A DNA stretch of 59,033 bases, filler included. It is 5 parts of 5 records of this genome, joined end to end, with 100 filler letters (N's around TTAATTAATTAA, not from the genome) between each part and the next. Parts side by side here need not be neighbours in the genome. Positions count along the whole stretch, not along the records: positions 35,524 to 42,189 come from SRR20825006_1249; positions 42,290 to 59,033 come from SRR20825006_1254; 3 more parts are not named here. One strand, written 5' to 3'. The stretch's first letter is position 1. Every line of letters starts with the position of its first letter. The translations under genes and the position numbers were made by a program. This document shows, in pieces, positions 39,471 to 48,724 of this stretch. The notes beneath the pieces were generated by a model. The model was not told where the DNA came from and did not search any database. It was given only the letters and a program-made list of their open reading frames with translations.

Positions 39471-39625
39471 GAATCACGCGGCAACTGTTTTTCATGAACA
39501 ACCGGCCTATCTGCAAACGACCGCTTCCAGACATTTCCGAAACGCCAAGTTTTTTTATCTGGTGCATCACACAAGAGTTTGTCCCGATGTTCGCCCTTGC
39601 TGGCCGACCACACGATCTCACCGGA

Positions 39626-39655
39626 ACCCGCCGCCTGATGACCCAGGCGGCGGGT
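39626..39655. terminator. Hairpin downstream of the TRAP permease
   Basis: ACCCGCCGCCTG-ATGACC-CAGGCGGCGGGT. Confidence 0.6.
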
Positions 39656-39663
39656 CGCTGCCG

Positions 39664-41781
39664 TTACGTGCTCCGCACGCCCACTTCCGCATTGGCATGG
39701 GGCCAGGGTTTGCGTTTGTTGAGGTAAAAAACCACGGCAAACACGGCGAGCGCGGCGATGTTGACATAGAGGTGGGCCGGCCACATCAGGGCGAAGCCGA
39801 CCGCGCCGATCACCGCGCGTTCAAGCAGGTTCATCTTGTTTTCCCAATGGCCATCCAGGGCCGCGCAGAGCGCCCAGAAGCCGAAAACGGCGAACCCGAA
39901 CACTTCCAGCATCTCCCCCCAATTACCGCTCATGAGCGGCGTGAAGGCGATCAGGAAGGGGACGAAATACAGCCCTTTGGCAATTTTCCAGGAATAGAAC
40001 CCGGTCAGCATCGGCGGCGATTTGGCGATGGCGGCGGCGGTGAAGGAGGCCAGGCATACGGGCGGAGTCACGTTGCTGTCCTGGGACAGCCAGAACACGA
40101 TCATATGCGCCGACAGCAGGGCGGTCGCCAGAACGGGCGCGGTGAAGGCCGTGTCATACAGCAGGGACAGGCTTTCAAACGGCATGCCCTTGATCAGCGC
40201 ATGGGCCTGATCGAATGGCATCGGGCCGGCGAGGGCTGCGATGGATTCGGGCGCGGTCAGCATGAAGATCGCCTTGGCGGCGTCCGGCAGGGTGCCGCTC
40301 ACCAGCTGTTCGATCAGCTGGTCCTGCAGGATAAGCTGGTTGAGCGCGGGGGCCGAAAGGGTGCCCAGAACGATATAGGCGGCGGTGACCGGCAGGCCCA
40401 TGCCCAGAACGAGGGAGGCCAGGGCCACCAGGATGATGGCGATGGAGAGGGAGCCGCCTGCCCAATTGGTGATCATCAGCGAGAAGGTGTTGCCGAGGCC
40501 GGTTGTTGAAATGACATTGACGATGAGGCCGACGGAGCACAACAGGATGGCTGTCATGATCATGTTCCGCGACCCGAGCTCAAGGGCGGCGATGATCTCT
40601 TTCAAGCCCATGCGGTTCGGGGTCAGCCAGGACGCCCCGATACAGGTCAGGATTGCGAAACCGGCGGCATATGTCGGCGTGTAGCCGATGACCAGCATTC
40701 CGATCAGCAGGGCGACCGGGATGATGAAGGGCGGGCCGCCTTCCTTGAAGACCTGCCAGACGGTCGGCGAATTCTCGTCCGGCGGCAGGATGGCGTTCAC
40801 CTTCCGCGCCTCGATCCGGACGAAGAAGGCAACGGTCAGAAAATACAGGATGGCGGGCAGGATGCTGACCATCACGATGGTGGTGTAGGGAAGCTGGGTG
40901 ATGGAGGCCATGACGAAGGCGCCGGCGCCCATGATCGGCGGCATCAGCTGCCCGCCGGTGGATGCGGCTGCTTCCACGCCGCCTGCGAATTGCGGTTTGA
41001 ACCCGGCCTTTTTCATCAGCGGGATCGTGATGACGCCGGTTGATGCCGTATTGGCGACCGCGGACCCCGAAATCGTGCCCGTCAGGCCGCTGGCGATCAC
41101 CGCAACCAGGCCGGGCCCGCCGACAAGATTGCCGGCAACCGTTCTGGAAATATTGACGATGAAGTTCCCCGCCCCCGACTTCAGAAGGAAGGCACCAAAA
41201 AGGATAAACATGAAAACAAAGGTGGAGGAGATCCCGGCGATACTGCCGAACAGCGCATCGTCGCCATACATCGACCGGAACATCAGGGTCTCGGGTTGCA
41301 GGCCGGCGAACCGGAACACACCCGGCACATAGGCACCGAACCACGAAATATAGGCGAGCGCCGTGACGATCAGGACCGGAATGATCATCCCGGTTGTGCG
41401 GCGGGTAAACTCGATCGCCCCGATGATGCAGATGGATCCCATGACCCAGTCCAGCGACGAGAGCCGGACGCCGCGATCGTAGATCGCGCTTTCGGCATTC
41501 ACGATATAAAGCGCGGCGATGGCGACAAGGCCCCCGAAGCCGATATCGAGTGCCCGGATCAGCGGGCGTTGTGCCCAGGGCTTCCTTGAGACCGACGTCA
41601 CCAGACCACAGAGCAGCGCAAATCCGGCGAAATGAAACCCGTTCTGAAACAGCGTGGGCAGCGTGCCCAGCGTGTTCATCCAGATATGGAAAAGGGCGAT
41701 GCCAACAGCCAGAAAAAGGATGGTGGTCTCGGTCCTGGACCTTTTCCTGACGTCAACATCTTCGGCGTTCTCGAAACTCAT
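39664..41781 (-). CDS. TRAP transporter fused permease (DctQM, TAXI type)
   Basis: GTISGSAVAN, EAAASTGGQLMPPIMGAGAF, LGMGLP and VTPPVCLA. Confidence 0.95.
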   Translation of the reverse strand: MSFENAEDVDVRKRSRTETTILFLAVGIALFHIWMNTLGTLPTLFQNGFHFAGFALLCGLVTSVSRKPWAQRPLIRALDIGFGGLVAIAALYIVNAESAIYDRGVRLSSLDWVMGSICIIGAIEFTRRTTGMIIPVLIVTALAYISWFGAYVPGVFRFAGLQPETLMFRSMYGDDALFGSIAGISSTFVFMFILFGAFLLKSGAGNFIVNISRTVAGNLVGGPGLVAVIASGLTGTISGSAVANTASTGVITIPLMKKAGFKPQFAGGVEAAASTGGQLMPPIMGAGAFVMASITQLPYTTIVMVSILPAILYFLTVAFFVRIEARKVNAILPPDENSPTVWQVFKEGGPPFIIPVALLIGMLVIGYTPTYAAGFAILTCIGASWLTPNRMGLKEIIAALELGSRNMIMTAILLCSVGLIVNVISTTGLGNTFSLMITNWAGGSLSIAIILVALASLVLGMGLPVTAAYIVLGTLSAPALNQLILQDQLIEQLVSGTLPDAAKAIFMLTAPESIAALAGPMPFDQAHALIKGMPFESLSLLYDTAFTAPVLATALLSAHMIVFWLSQDSNVTPPVCLASFTAAAIAKSPPMLTGFYSWKIAKGLYFVPFLIAFTPLMSGNWGEMLEVFGFAVFGFWALCAALDGHWENKMNLLERAVIGAVGFALMWPAHLYVNIAALAVFAVVFYLNKRKPWPHANAEVGVRST

Positions 41782-41832
41782 CTGTATCCCTGCCCGTGGT
41801 GTTTTTCTCGCACCGGCTTGATGCCGGATTCG

Positions 41833-41865
41833 AAAAACCGGAGGCCGCGTAATCCGGCCTCCGGT
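41833..41865 (-). terminator. Intra-operon hairpin plus U-tract between the TAXI receptor and permease
   Basis: ACCGGAGGCCG-N7-CGGCCTCCGGT followed by a T run on the minus strand. Confidence 0.6.
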
Positions 41866-41901
41866 CAACCTGTTCAATGTTAGTCAAACGGTACCTGATT
41901 G

Positions 41902-42189
41902 TTATTTGGCGATCAGGTGATCAGGGATGGAGATCCCGACTTCCTTGTAGTACCGCGCGGCACCGGGATGCAGCGGTACCGGAAGACCGCCAATCGCCTT
42001 GTCAATCGACATCGCCTTCGTGGCGGCATGGATGGCGTTCAGGAAGCCAAGGTTTTCAAAGATCGTCTTGGTGATCTGATAGACATCTTCTTCCGGAATA
42101 TCCGCCGTCGTGGCCAGGAAGTTCGGCTGGGCAACGGTCTGGATGTCCGTTGTCTGGCCGGGATAGGAGTTGGCCGGAATGGTGTAGGG
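41902..42189 (-). CDS. TAXI-family TRAP solute-binding protein, 3' part
   Basis: Hand translation IPANSYPGQ...VYQITKTIFENL...PLHPGAARYYKE; not in the ORF track. Confidence 0.9.
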   Translation of the reverse strand, partial: PYTIPANSYPGQTTDIQTVAQPNFLATTADIPEEDVYQITKTIFENLGFLNAIHAATKAMSIDKAIGGLPVPLHPGAARYYKEVGISIPDHLIAK

Positions 42190-42289
42190 NNNNNNNNNNN
42201 NNNNNNNNNNNNNNNNNNNNNNNNNNNNNNNNNTTAATTAATTAANNNNNNNNNNNNNNNNNNNNNNNNNNNNNNNNNNNNNNNNNNNN
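42190..42289. other. Artificial contig spacer
   Basis: N run with TTAATTAATTAA. Confidence 0.99.
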
Positions 42290-42389
42290 TGGGGGGGCCA
42301 GTGTTCGCATCTCTTCTACACCCCCGGGGTTCTGGGCGAAGCGCTGGCAAGGCGCGAAACCAGAAACGGTGAATCTCGAGATTTCTCTT

Positions 42390-42408
42390 GAAAATGAAAA
42401 TCGTTTTC
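42390..42408. promoter_or_regulatory. Fur-like box upstream of the PepSY-TM gene
   Basis: GAAAATGAAAATCGTTTTC, 15/19 to GATAATGATAATCATTATC; stands out in GC-rich DNA. Confidence 0.7.
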
Positions 42409-42450
42409 AAATAAATGGGTGAGGACATTTCTCGAAGCATGTGATTCGCC

Positions 42451-43596
42451 ATGACATTTTCGCTCTCCAAGTTTGCTCGCACCGCAGCGCTCAAGATCCA
42501 CCTCTGGTTGGGTCTGGCGAGCGGTATTATCGTGACCATCGTCTGTTTAACCGGGGCGATGCTCTCCTTCGAGGAGGAGATCGTTCACGCCACACACCCC
42601 GAACTCTACACCGTCGTTCCGAGCGGCGAGAGGCTACCCCTGGAGGATCTCTCTCGCCGCGTGAGCTCCGAGGTCGAAGGGGTCGACGCGGGCTCTTTCT
42701 CGATCTCATCTGATCCGACGCGTTCGGTCGAGGTGAGCGTGGGGCGAGGGGACACGATCTTTGTGAACCCGTACAGCGGCGCGGTGTTGGGGAGGCGTGT
42801 GTACCGCGAGACAGCCTTCTTCAAGGTGTTCTCGCTGCATCGCTGGTTGCTTGCTGGCAAGGTCGGCAAGATGATCGTGGGCTGCGCCACATTGATGTTC
42901 TGCATCATCGTGCTGACAGGCGTTTGGGTGTGGTGGCCGAGGTCGATGCGGATGCTTCGGCGAAGGCTCAAGGTCAAGACCGATGGCGGCAGTAAACGCC
43001 TTGTCTTCGATCTGCACGTCTCGGTCGGGATCTATGTCGCGATCTTTTTGTTTATCATGGGCTTCACGGGGCTCAGGTGGTCCTTCGAGTGGTTCGAGCA
43101 GGGCCTCTACGTCGTCACGAACTCCAAGAAGGAGCGGAGCAAGCCTCCCGCACCGCTCGATGCAAAAGAGACCGTGACCATGTCGTACGATGAGGCGCTC
43201 GAAGCAGGAAAGAAGGTTCTTGGCCCGGCAAAGTCTTACCGATTGTCCGTCCCGAATGAGAAGACGCTGGTCTACACGATCAGAGCGGTGCCCGATGACG
43301 CCGCGCACGCCAAGGCGTCGGACACGGTCTACATCGACCCGACGGTGGGGACCCTGTTGCGAAGAGATCGCTTCGAGGAACGCAGCGGGGGAGATCGTCT
43401 AAAGAGCACGTTCTACGCGCTCCATACCGGCGAGATTTATGGGATGTGGACTCGAATACTGGCGTTTTTGGCAGCGCTTATCGGCGCGACCATGCCGCTC
43501 ACAGGCGCGTTGATCTGGTGGAACAAGAACGCCCCGCGGTGGCGAGCCGAGCGAGCGCGTCGCCGTGATGGCGACGCCAGTGATGAAAAAAGCTGA
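42451..43596 (+). CDS. PepSY-associated TM-helix protein (FoxB/PiuB-like)
   Basis: IHLWLGL, TG, VNPYSG.VLG, LHRWL, DLH..G and LHTG motifs. Confidence 0.9.
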   Translation: MTFSLSKFARTAALKIHLWLGLASGIIVTIVCLTGAMLSFEEEIVHATHPELYTVVPSGERLPLEDLSRRVSSEVEGVDAGSFSISSDPTRSVEVSVGRGDTIFVNPYSGAVLGRRVYRETAFFKVFSLHRWLLAGKVGKMIVGCATLMFCIIVLTGVWVWWPRSMRMLRRRLKVKTDGGSKRLVFDLHVSVGIYVAIFLFIMGFTGLRWSFEWFEQGLYVVTNSKKERSKPPAPLDAKETVTMSYDEALEAGKKVLGPAKSYRLSVPNEKTLVYTIRAVPDDAAHAKASDTVYIDPTVGTLLRRDRFEERSGGDRLKSTFYALHTGEIYGMWTRILAFLAALIGATMPLTGALIWWNKNAPRWRAERARRRDGDASDEKS

Positions 43597-43635
43597 GGCG
43601 AGAGAGGATGTGTGCACATCCTCTCTCGCCTCAGC
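43592..43635. repeat. Perfect 21-bp inverted repeat between convergent genes
   Basis: GCTGAGGCGAGAGAGGATGTG-TG-CACATCCTCTCTCGCCTCAGC. Confidence 0.85.
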
Positions 43636-43659
43636 GAATAGCTCTTCGAGTTGTTTTCG

Positions 43660-44553
43660 TCAGCGCTCGAGGAAGTCTTGCATCCAGGGGATGATACGCT
43701 CGTGCGCATCTTCCAGGACAAAGTGGCTCGCGTCACGGAGCGCGTGAACCTCGGCTTGTGGGAAGCGCCGCTGCCACTCCTCGCGAAAGGACGTGTCGAA
43801 GCAGAAGTCTTCATCACCCCAGACGATCAGCATGGGGTGTTCGGTGAAGTTCTCCAGGCCGCGCTCGACTTCGACGAGCGTCTTGTAGCTCGGGTGCTCG
43901 GGCTCCATCGGGATATCTTCGACAAACCTTTGCACCGCGATGCGGTTCTCCCAGGAGTCGTAGGGCGCGACGTAGGCTTCGCCGACCGCGCCGCTCAGGC
44001 GCGCGCGATCGTGGATGGCGCGAATCTGCGCGACCCGCACGAAGCCATTGAGGCCCCGCACCGCGAGCGGCCCGAAGCCTGGAATCCGGCAGATGTCGAT
44101 CGAGAAGGGGATCCTCTCGGAGCGAAACGCGGCGGTGTTAAAGACGACGATCCGCTCGATCTTATCAGGATGACGCGCGGCATAACCCATGCCGATGGCG
44201 CCGCCCCAGTCGTGGACGACCAGCGTGATGCGCTCGAGCCCGAGTGATTCGACCAATCCCTCCAGGTCATCGATGCGATCCTTGAGGAGGTAGTCATACC
44301 CTCGCTGTGGCTTCTCCGAGAGGCCGCATCCGATATGATCGGGCACCACGCAACGGTACTCGTCGCTGAAGGCCTCGACCAACTTGCGGTAATAGAATGA
44401 CCACGTCGGGTTACCGTGGACCATGAGCATGGCTTTTCCATGCTCCTGCCCCTCGTCGATGTAGTGAAGACGGTGGCCAGAGGTGGTCGTATGCCAACGA
44501 GAGGTGAACGGGTACTCGTTGGACCACGAGGCTGTGGATGGATCGAGATTCAT
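43660..44553 (-). CDS. oleB: OleB-like beta-lactone decarboxylase (haloalkane dehalogenase-like alpha/beta hydrolase)
   Basis: HGNPTWSFYYR, PDHIGCGLS, VHDWGG, DFCFD and HFVLED; directly after oleA. Confidence 0.8.
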   Translation of the reverse strand: MNLDPSTASWSNEYPFTSRWHTTTSGHRLHYIDEGQEHGKAMLMVHGNPTWSFYYRKLVEAFSDEYRCVVPDHIGCGLSEKPQRGYDYLLKDRIDDLEGLVESLGLERITLVVHDWGGAIGMGYAARHPDKIERIVVFNTAAFRSERIPFSIDICRIPGFGPLAVRGLNGFVRVAQIRAIHDRARLSGAVGEAYVAPYDSWENRIAVQRFVEDIPMEPEHPSYKTLVEVERGLENFTEHPMLIVWGDEDFCFDTSFREEWQRRFPQAEVHALRDASHFVLEDAHERIIPWMQDFLER

Positions 44554-44626
44554 GATGTTTTTTTGAGAGCATTGCTGCGGCGAGAGGACGAGTAAAGCGC
44601 CTCCGCTCGCCGCATTATTGAAAGGG

Positions 44627-45643
44627 TTACCAGATGATCTCCATCATCGCGCAGTTGAGACCGGAGCCAATGCCCATCAGCGCGATCCTGTCCCCTTCAA
44701 AGACCCGGCCTGCGTCGCGAGACTTGGCCAGCGTGAAGGGGATGGCTGCGGGGCCGATGTTGCCATACTCGGAGTAGGTGACAAACGCGCGTTGGTCCGA
44801 GAGGTCGAGCTCTTCGAGCAGCGTCTTCATGTGAATCGAGCCCACCTGATGCAGGATCAACTCGTCGAGGTCTTCCTGACGCCACGCGAGCACATCGGTG
44901 GCGAGTGACCAGGTCTGGCGAGCGAGCGCGACGCCTGCCTTGAGCAGCTGGCTCGCGTCGGTGATCATTCGCTCCTCGTCGCCGCGGCAGAGGTGGTTCC
45001 ACTCGCTCGCGGCGAGGCTCACGCCGCCGCGAAAGCGGTGCGTGGTGGTGGCCATATCATCGCGGCAAAGGATCATGGCCGCGGCGCCCGAGCCGAGCGT
45101 CAAGGTGGCGAAGTCATCGCGCAGATCTTGTGATGTGGAGTTGCTCTTTTGCAGCCTGGCGATCGTGGACTCGATGACGCGCCTGCTCCCTTCACCGTCG
45201 ACGATCAGGGCGTAGTCGATCTGACCGCGCTCGATCATGTTCGAGGCGATCACCATCCCGTTGAGGAACGCGAGGCAGGCGTTGCTGACGTCGAAGTTCA
45301 GGCAGTGAGGCGCGAGCCCGAGGCGTCCGTGGACGATGCTCGCCACGCTCGGTTCGAGGTAGTCGCGACAGACGGATGTGTTGATCACCACGCCGATTTT
45401 CTCGCGCGGGAGGCCCGTGTCAGCGAGCACCTTCTCGGCGGCCATGGTGGCGACCTCGCTGGGCATGACACCTTCATCCCAGAAGCGCCTGGCGACGACG
45501 CCAGTCAACATCTTGATGAGGCCGGGGCGAATCCCGATCTTCTCACCATGGAGGCCAATCCTGTGCTCGATCTGGGCGGATGTGATGCGATGGGGCGCCT
45601 CTATAATGGCTAACCCCTCGATGGCGACATGGTTAAAGATCAT
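44627..45643 (-). CDS. oleA: OleA acyl-CoA:acyl-CoA alkyltransferase (thiolase/FabH-like)
   Basis: RDYLEPS (catalytic Glu), NACLAF (Cys), ATLTLGSG, HQV and GNIGP. Confidence 0.85.
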   Translation of the reverse strand: MIFNHVAIEGLAIIEAPHRITSAQIEHRIGLHGEKIGIRPGLIKMLTGVVARRFWDEGVMPSEVATMAAEKVLADTGLPREKIGVVINTSVCRDYLEPSVASIVHGRLGLAPHCLNFDVSNACLAFLNGMVIASNMIERGQIDYALIVDGEGSRRVIESTIARLQKSNSTSQDLRDDFATLTLGSGAAAMILCRDDMATTTHRFRGGVSLAASEWNHLCRGDEERMITDASQLLKAGVALARQTWSLATDVLAWRQEDLDELILHQVGSIHMKTLLEELDLSDQRAFVTYSEYGNIGPAAIPFTLAKSRDAGRVFEGDRIALMGIGSGLNCAMMEIIW

Positions 45644-45661
45644 ACGTGCTCTCGTTGCGCT

Positions 45662-47020
45662 CTAGCCCATCCACACCGTCTTGGTGTTGACGAACTCAAG
45701 GATGCCCTCTCGCGAGAGCTCCCTTCCATACCCCGAATTTTTGATTCCGCCAAAGGGCAAACGGGGATCGCTTTTGACGATGCCGTTGACGGCGACGTGC
45801 CCTGACTCGATGCGTGGTACGAGCGAGAGGGCACGATCCATGTCTCCTGTCCATAAGCTCGCGCCCAATCCGAGATCGGAGTGGTTCGCGAGCGCCACGG
45901 CTTCCTGTTCATCTCTGGCTCGAATCACTGGCGCGATCGGTCCAAAGACTTCTTCATCGAAGGCTGCCATACCTGGCTTCACATCCAGGAGCAATGTCGC
46001 AGGATAATAATAACCTGTTTGCTCGGGGATCTCACCTCCGAGCACACACCTTGCTCCGGCTGCCACTGTTCTCTCGAGCTGCTCGTGAAGTCCATCGCGC
46101 AGATCCTCGCGGGCCTGCGGGCCGATGTCGGTCTCTTCATCGGTCGGATCTCCCATCACGCGCGCCTCGAGCCGTGCGCGGAAGGCGTCTACAAATGCGT
46201 CGTAGCTCTCTTCTACCACGATGAAGCGCTTGGCTGCGATACAACTTTGACCGTTGTTGATCAAGCGAGAGAGCGCCGCCGCTTCTGCCGCTGCTTGGAT
46301 GTCCGCGTCACCGAGAACGATGCAAGGATCGCTTCCCCCAAGCTCGAGGACGCTTGGCTTGAGCGCTTCGCCAGCGGCTTTCCCGACCGCTCGACCCGCG
46401 CGCTCCGAGCCCGTCAGCGTGACGCCTCGCACTCGATCATCATGGATCACGCCCGCGACCGCGTCCGATTCGATCACCAGCGTCTGAAAGACACCTTCGG
46501 GGAAGCCCGCCTCGAGAAAGATCTTCTCGATCGCGAGCGCGCTCCCCTGCGTGTTGCCCGCGTGCTTGAGCAACCCCGTGTTGCCCGCCATCAGATAAGG
46601 GGCCGCGAATCGAAAGACCTGCCAGAGCGGGAAATTCCAGGGCATCACCGCCAGGATCGGACCGAGCGGATCATAGCGCCGCATGCTCAACTTCGCGTCT
46701 GTCGCGATCACCTCGGGGGTCAGGAACCGCTCCGCGTTCTCGGCGTAGAAATCACACACCCAGGCGCACTTGTTGGTCTCCGAGCGCGCTGATTTGATCG
46801 GCTTACCCATCTCGGCGGTCATCAGCTGAGACCACTCCTCGCACCGATCTCGCAAGATGTCCGCCGCGCGCCGCATCAACCTCGCGCGCTCCTCGAACGA
46901 GGTCTGCTTCCAACTCCCATAGCTCTCCAGAGAAAGGTCGAGCACCTGGTCGATGCGCGCCTCATCGAAGGCTTCGTATTCTGCGATCACTTCTTCGGTG
47001 GCGGGGTTGATCGAACGCAT
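45662..47020 (-). CDS. NAD(P)-dependent aldehyde dehydrogenase (Sad/GabD-like)
   Basis: MPWNFP, LTGSERAG, LELGGSD, GQSCIAAKR, EEVFGP and PFGGIKNSG. Confidence 0.93.
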   Translation of the reverse strand: MRSINPATEEVIAEYEAFDEARIDQVLDLSLESYGSWKQTSFEERARLMRRAADILRDRCEEWSQLMTAEMGKPIKSARSETNKCAWVCDFYAENAERFLTPEVIATDAKLSMRRYDPLGPILAVMPWNFPLWQVFRFAAPYLMAGNTGLLKHAGNTQGSALAIEKIFLEAGFPEGVFQTLVIESDAVAGVIHDDRVRGVTLTGSERAGRAVGKAAGEALKPSVLELGGSDPCIVLGDADIQAAAEAAALSRLINNGQSCIAAKRFIVVEESYDAFVDAFRARLEARVMGDPTDEETDIGPQAREDLRDGLHEQLERTVAAGARCVLGGEIPEQTGYYYPATLLLDVKPGMAAFDEEVFGPIAPVIRARDEQEAVALANHSDLGLGASLWTGDMDRALSLVPRIESGHVAVNGIVKSDPRLPFGGIKNSGYGRELSREGILEFVNTKTVWMG

Positions 47021-47266
47021 CGGTGTCCTTTCCGTATGTGTAAAGAAGGGGAGGGGTCGCGCGAAAAAAGTAGTGACGAGCGCAACCATCATCACAGAGA
47101 GGGGGATGCGTGACAAGGCGTCGAAGGTGCCATCACCGAAGACGATAGGCGTGAAATGATCGATAGAAGATCGCTCGACGAGGAGCCAGATCGCGCTCGC
47201 CGCGAGGTATGGCGAGGATGAGTGATTCGAGCCTCGAGCACCTCGAGGCTCGAATCACCGAATTAC

Positions 47267-48592
47267 TCAGAACATGTCGATCTCGCTCGCGGCGTAGCAA
47301 AGCAGCGGCGCCTTGCCCAACTCGAAGGTGCCTTCAGGGTTGGCGGACTTCTTCCCGTCGGTCGCCTTCAGCGTGGCCTTGCCGTCCGCGAACGTGAGCT
47401 CGGAGCGCTGGTCGAAGTTGACCTCGTCCTTGGCATCGCTCGGCATATCATCGAGCCATGGCCCTGATTCCGATTTGCGGCTCGTGTAAAAGACCCCGAG
47501 CATCGTCGGCTTCGCGCCATCGAGTGAAATCACCTGCGTGACCTTCTCGCCGTAGGTCTCGACGGTGTTTTCAGAGTAATTGCCATCGTAGAAGTCGAAC
47601 TCGTAGGGAACCACGAGCTCTGGTGCTCCACCTCCGACAAGCTCCCGCGCTTCGATCTTGCCAAAGAGCCCGTCCTGTCCGTTGTAGCTCACGCCGAGCA
47701 CGTCATACGTGTTGAAGTTGTGCGCGTACCATTTGTCCTTTTTCAGGATCGCGATGTACTGCTCGATCATGTTCATCTCGGTCTCGCGCATGGTGAACGT
47801 CACGACGGTGACATCGCCCACCTTTTGTGGCGCCTGGACCGCTTCGCACTCGATCGTCGCGCCGCCTGCTGATGCGGCCGCAGCGCGTGAGGTCGCGTCC
47901 CAGAAGGCGTTGCAGACCTCTTTGGGCTCAGGGACTTTGCTCGACATTTCGATGAAGAAGCAGCGCTTGTTCGCTTCGCTGACCTTGGCGCCCTTGGCTT
48001 CGAGGTCTGCCAGGCGCTTGGCCACGATCTTGTTACCCGGACGAACCTCAAGCGAGCGCTTGTAGGCTGTGGCTGCCTGGTCATTCTCACCACGCTCCTC
48101 ATGGATGCGCCCGAGGTTGTAGAGCGAGGCGCCCGAGACGCTGTTCTGACGGCTGTTGCGAATCGATGCTCGGGTGGCCGTCTCGGCGCGGTCGAGGTCC
48201 TTGTTTTTAAAGGCCGCCCAGCCGAGCTCGCTCAATGCTCGCGCGTTGTTCGGATCGATCTCGAGCGCTTTTTCAAAGCTCGCCACGCCATCGGCGAACT
48301 TGCCAGACTTGACCTCCTTACGCCCCTTGGCGAGCAGCGCGCGAAAACTCTCGCTCTGCTTTTTGGCCTTTGCCACGTCGACCTTCTTTCGCTCGAGCGG
48401 CTTTTTGGCAGGCGTATCTGCGGTCTCTGAGGTCTCTGAGGGCTCCTTGGCGGTCGTATCACTTGGCGTCGTGGCGCTCGTGTTGTCCGCAGGTTCGGTG
48501 TTCGAGGTCTGGGTCGTCTCGCCAGCGTCATCTTTTTTACAGGCGCCGAGCGCGAGCACCAGCGCCAGCGTTGCCATCCATCTCTTCGACAT
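47267..48592 (-). CDS. TPR-repeat lipoprotein
   Basis: Lipobox LGAC, T/S/P/E linker, three TPR-like repeats and a beta-rich C-terminus. Confidence 0.8.
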   Translation of the reverse strand: MSKRWMATLALVLALGACKKDDAGETTQTSNTEPADNTSATTPSDTTAKEPSETSETADTPAKKPLERKKVDVAKAKKQSESFRALLAKGRKEVKSGKFADGVASFEKALEIDPNNARALSELGWAAFKNKDLDRAETATRASIRNSRQNSVSGASLYNLGRIHEERGENDQAATAYKRSLEVRPGNKIVAKRLADLEAKGAKVSEANKRCFFIEMSSKVPEPKEVCNAFWDATSRAAAASAGGATIECEAVQAPQKVGDVTVVTFTMRETEMNMIEQYIAILKKDKWYAHNFNTYDVLGVSYNGQDGLFGKIEARELVGGGAPELVVPYEFDFYDGNYSENTVETYGEKVTQVISLDGAKPTMLGVFYTSRKSESGPWLDDMPSDAKDEVNFDQRSELTFADGKATLKATDGKKSANPEGTFELGKAPLLCYAASEIDMF

Positions 48593-48724
48593 CTTTTCTC
48601 CTCCTTACTGGTCGCGAGCATGTGACCCGCGTTTCTGTTTTAGCAAGGATATACATGATGTCGTCCACTTTTGCCCTGGTTTCATGGGCAGGTGGGAGAT
48701 TTATAGGATGCTGTTCGGGGACGT

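Noticed and set aside
43660-44553. Haloalkane dehalogenase
   Set aside because: Adjacency to oleA and the acidic residue in the DFCFD segment favour OleB.
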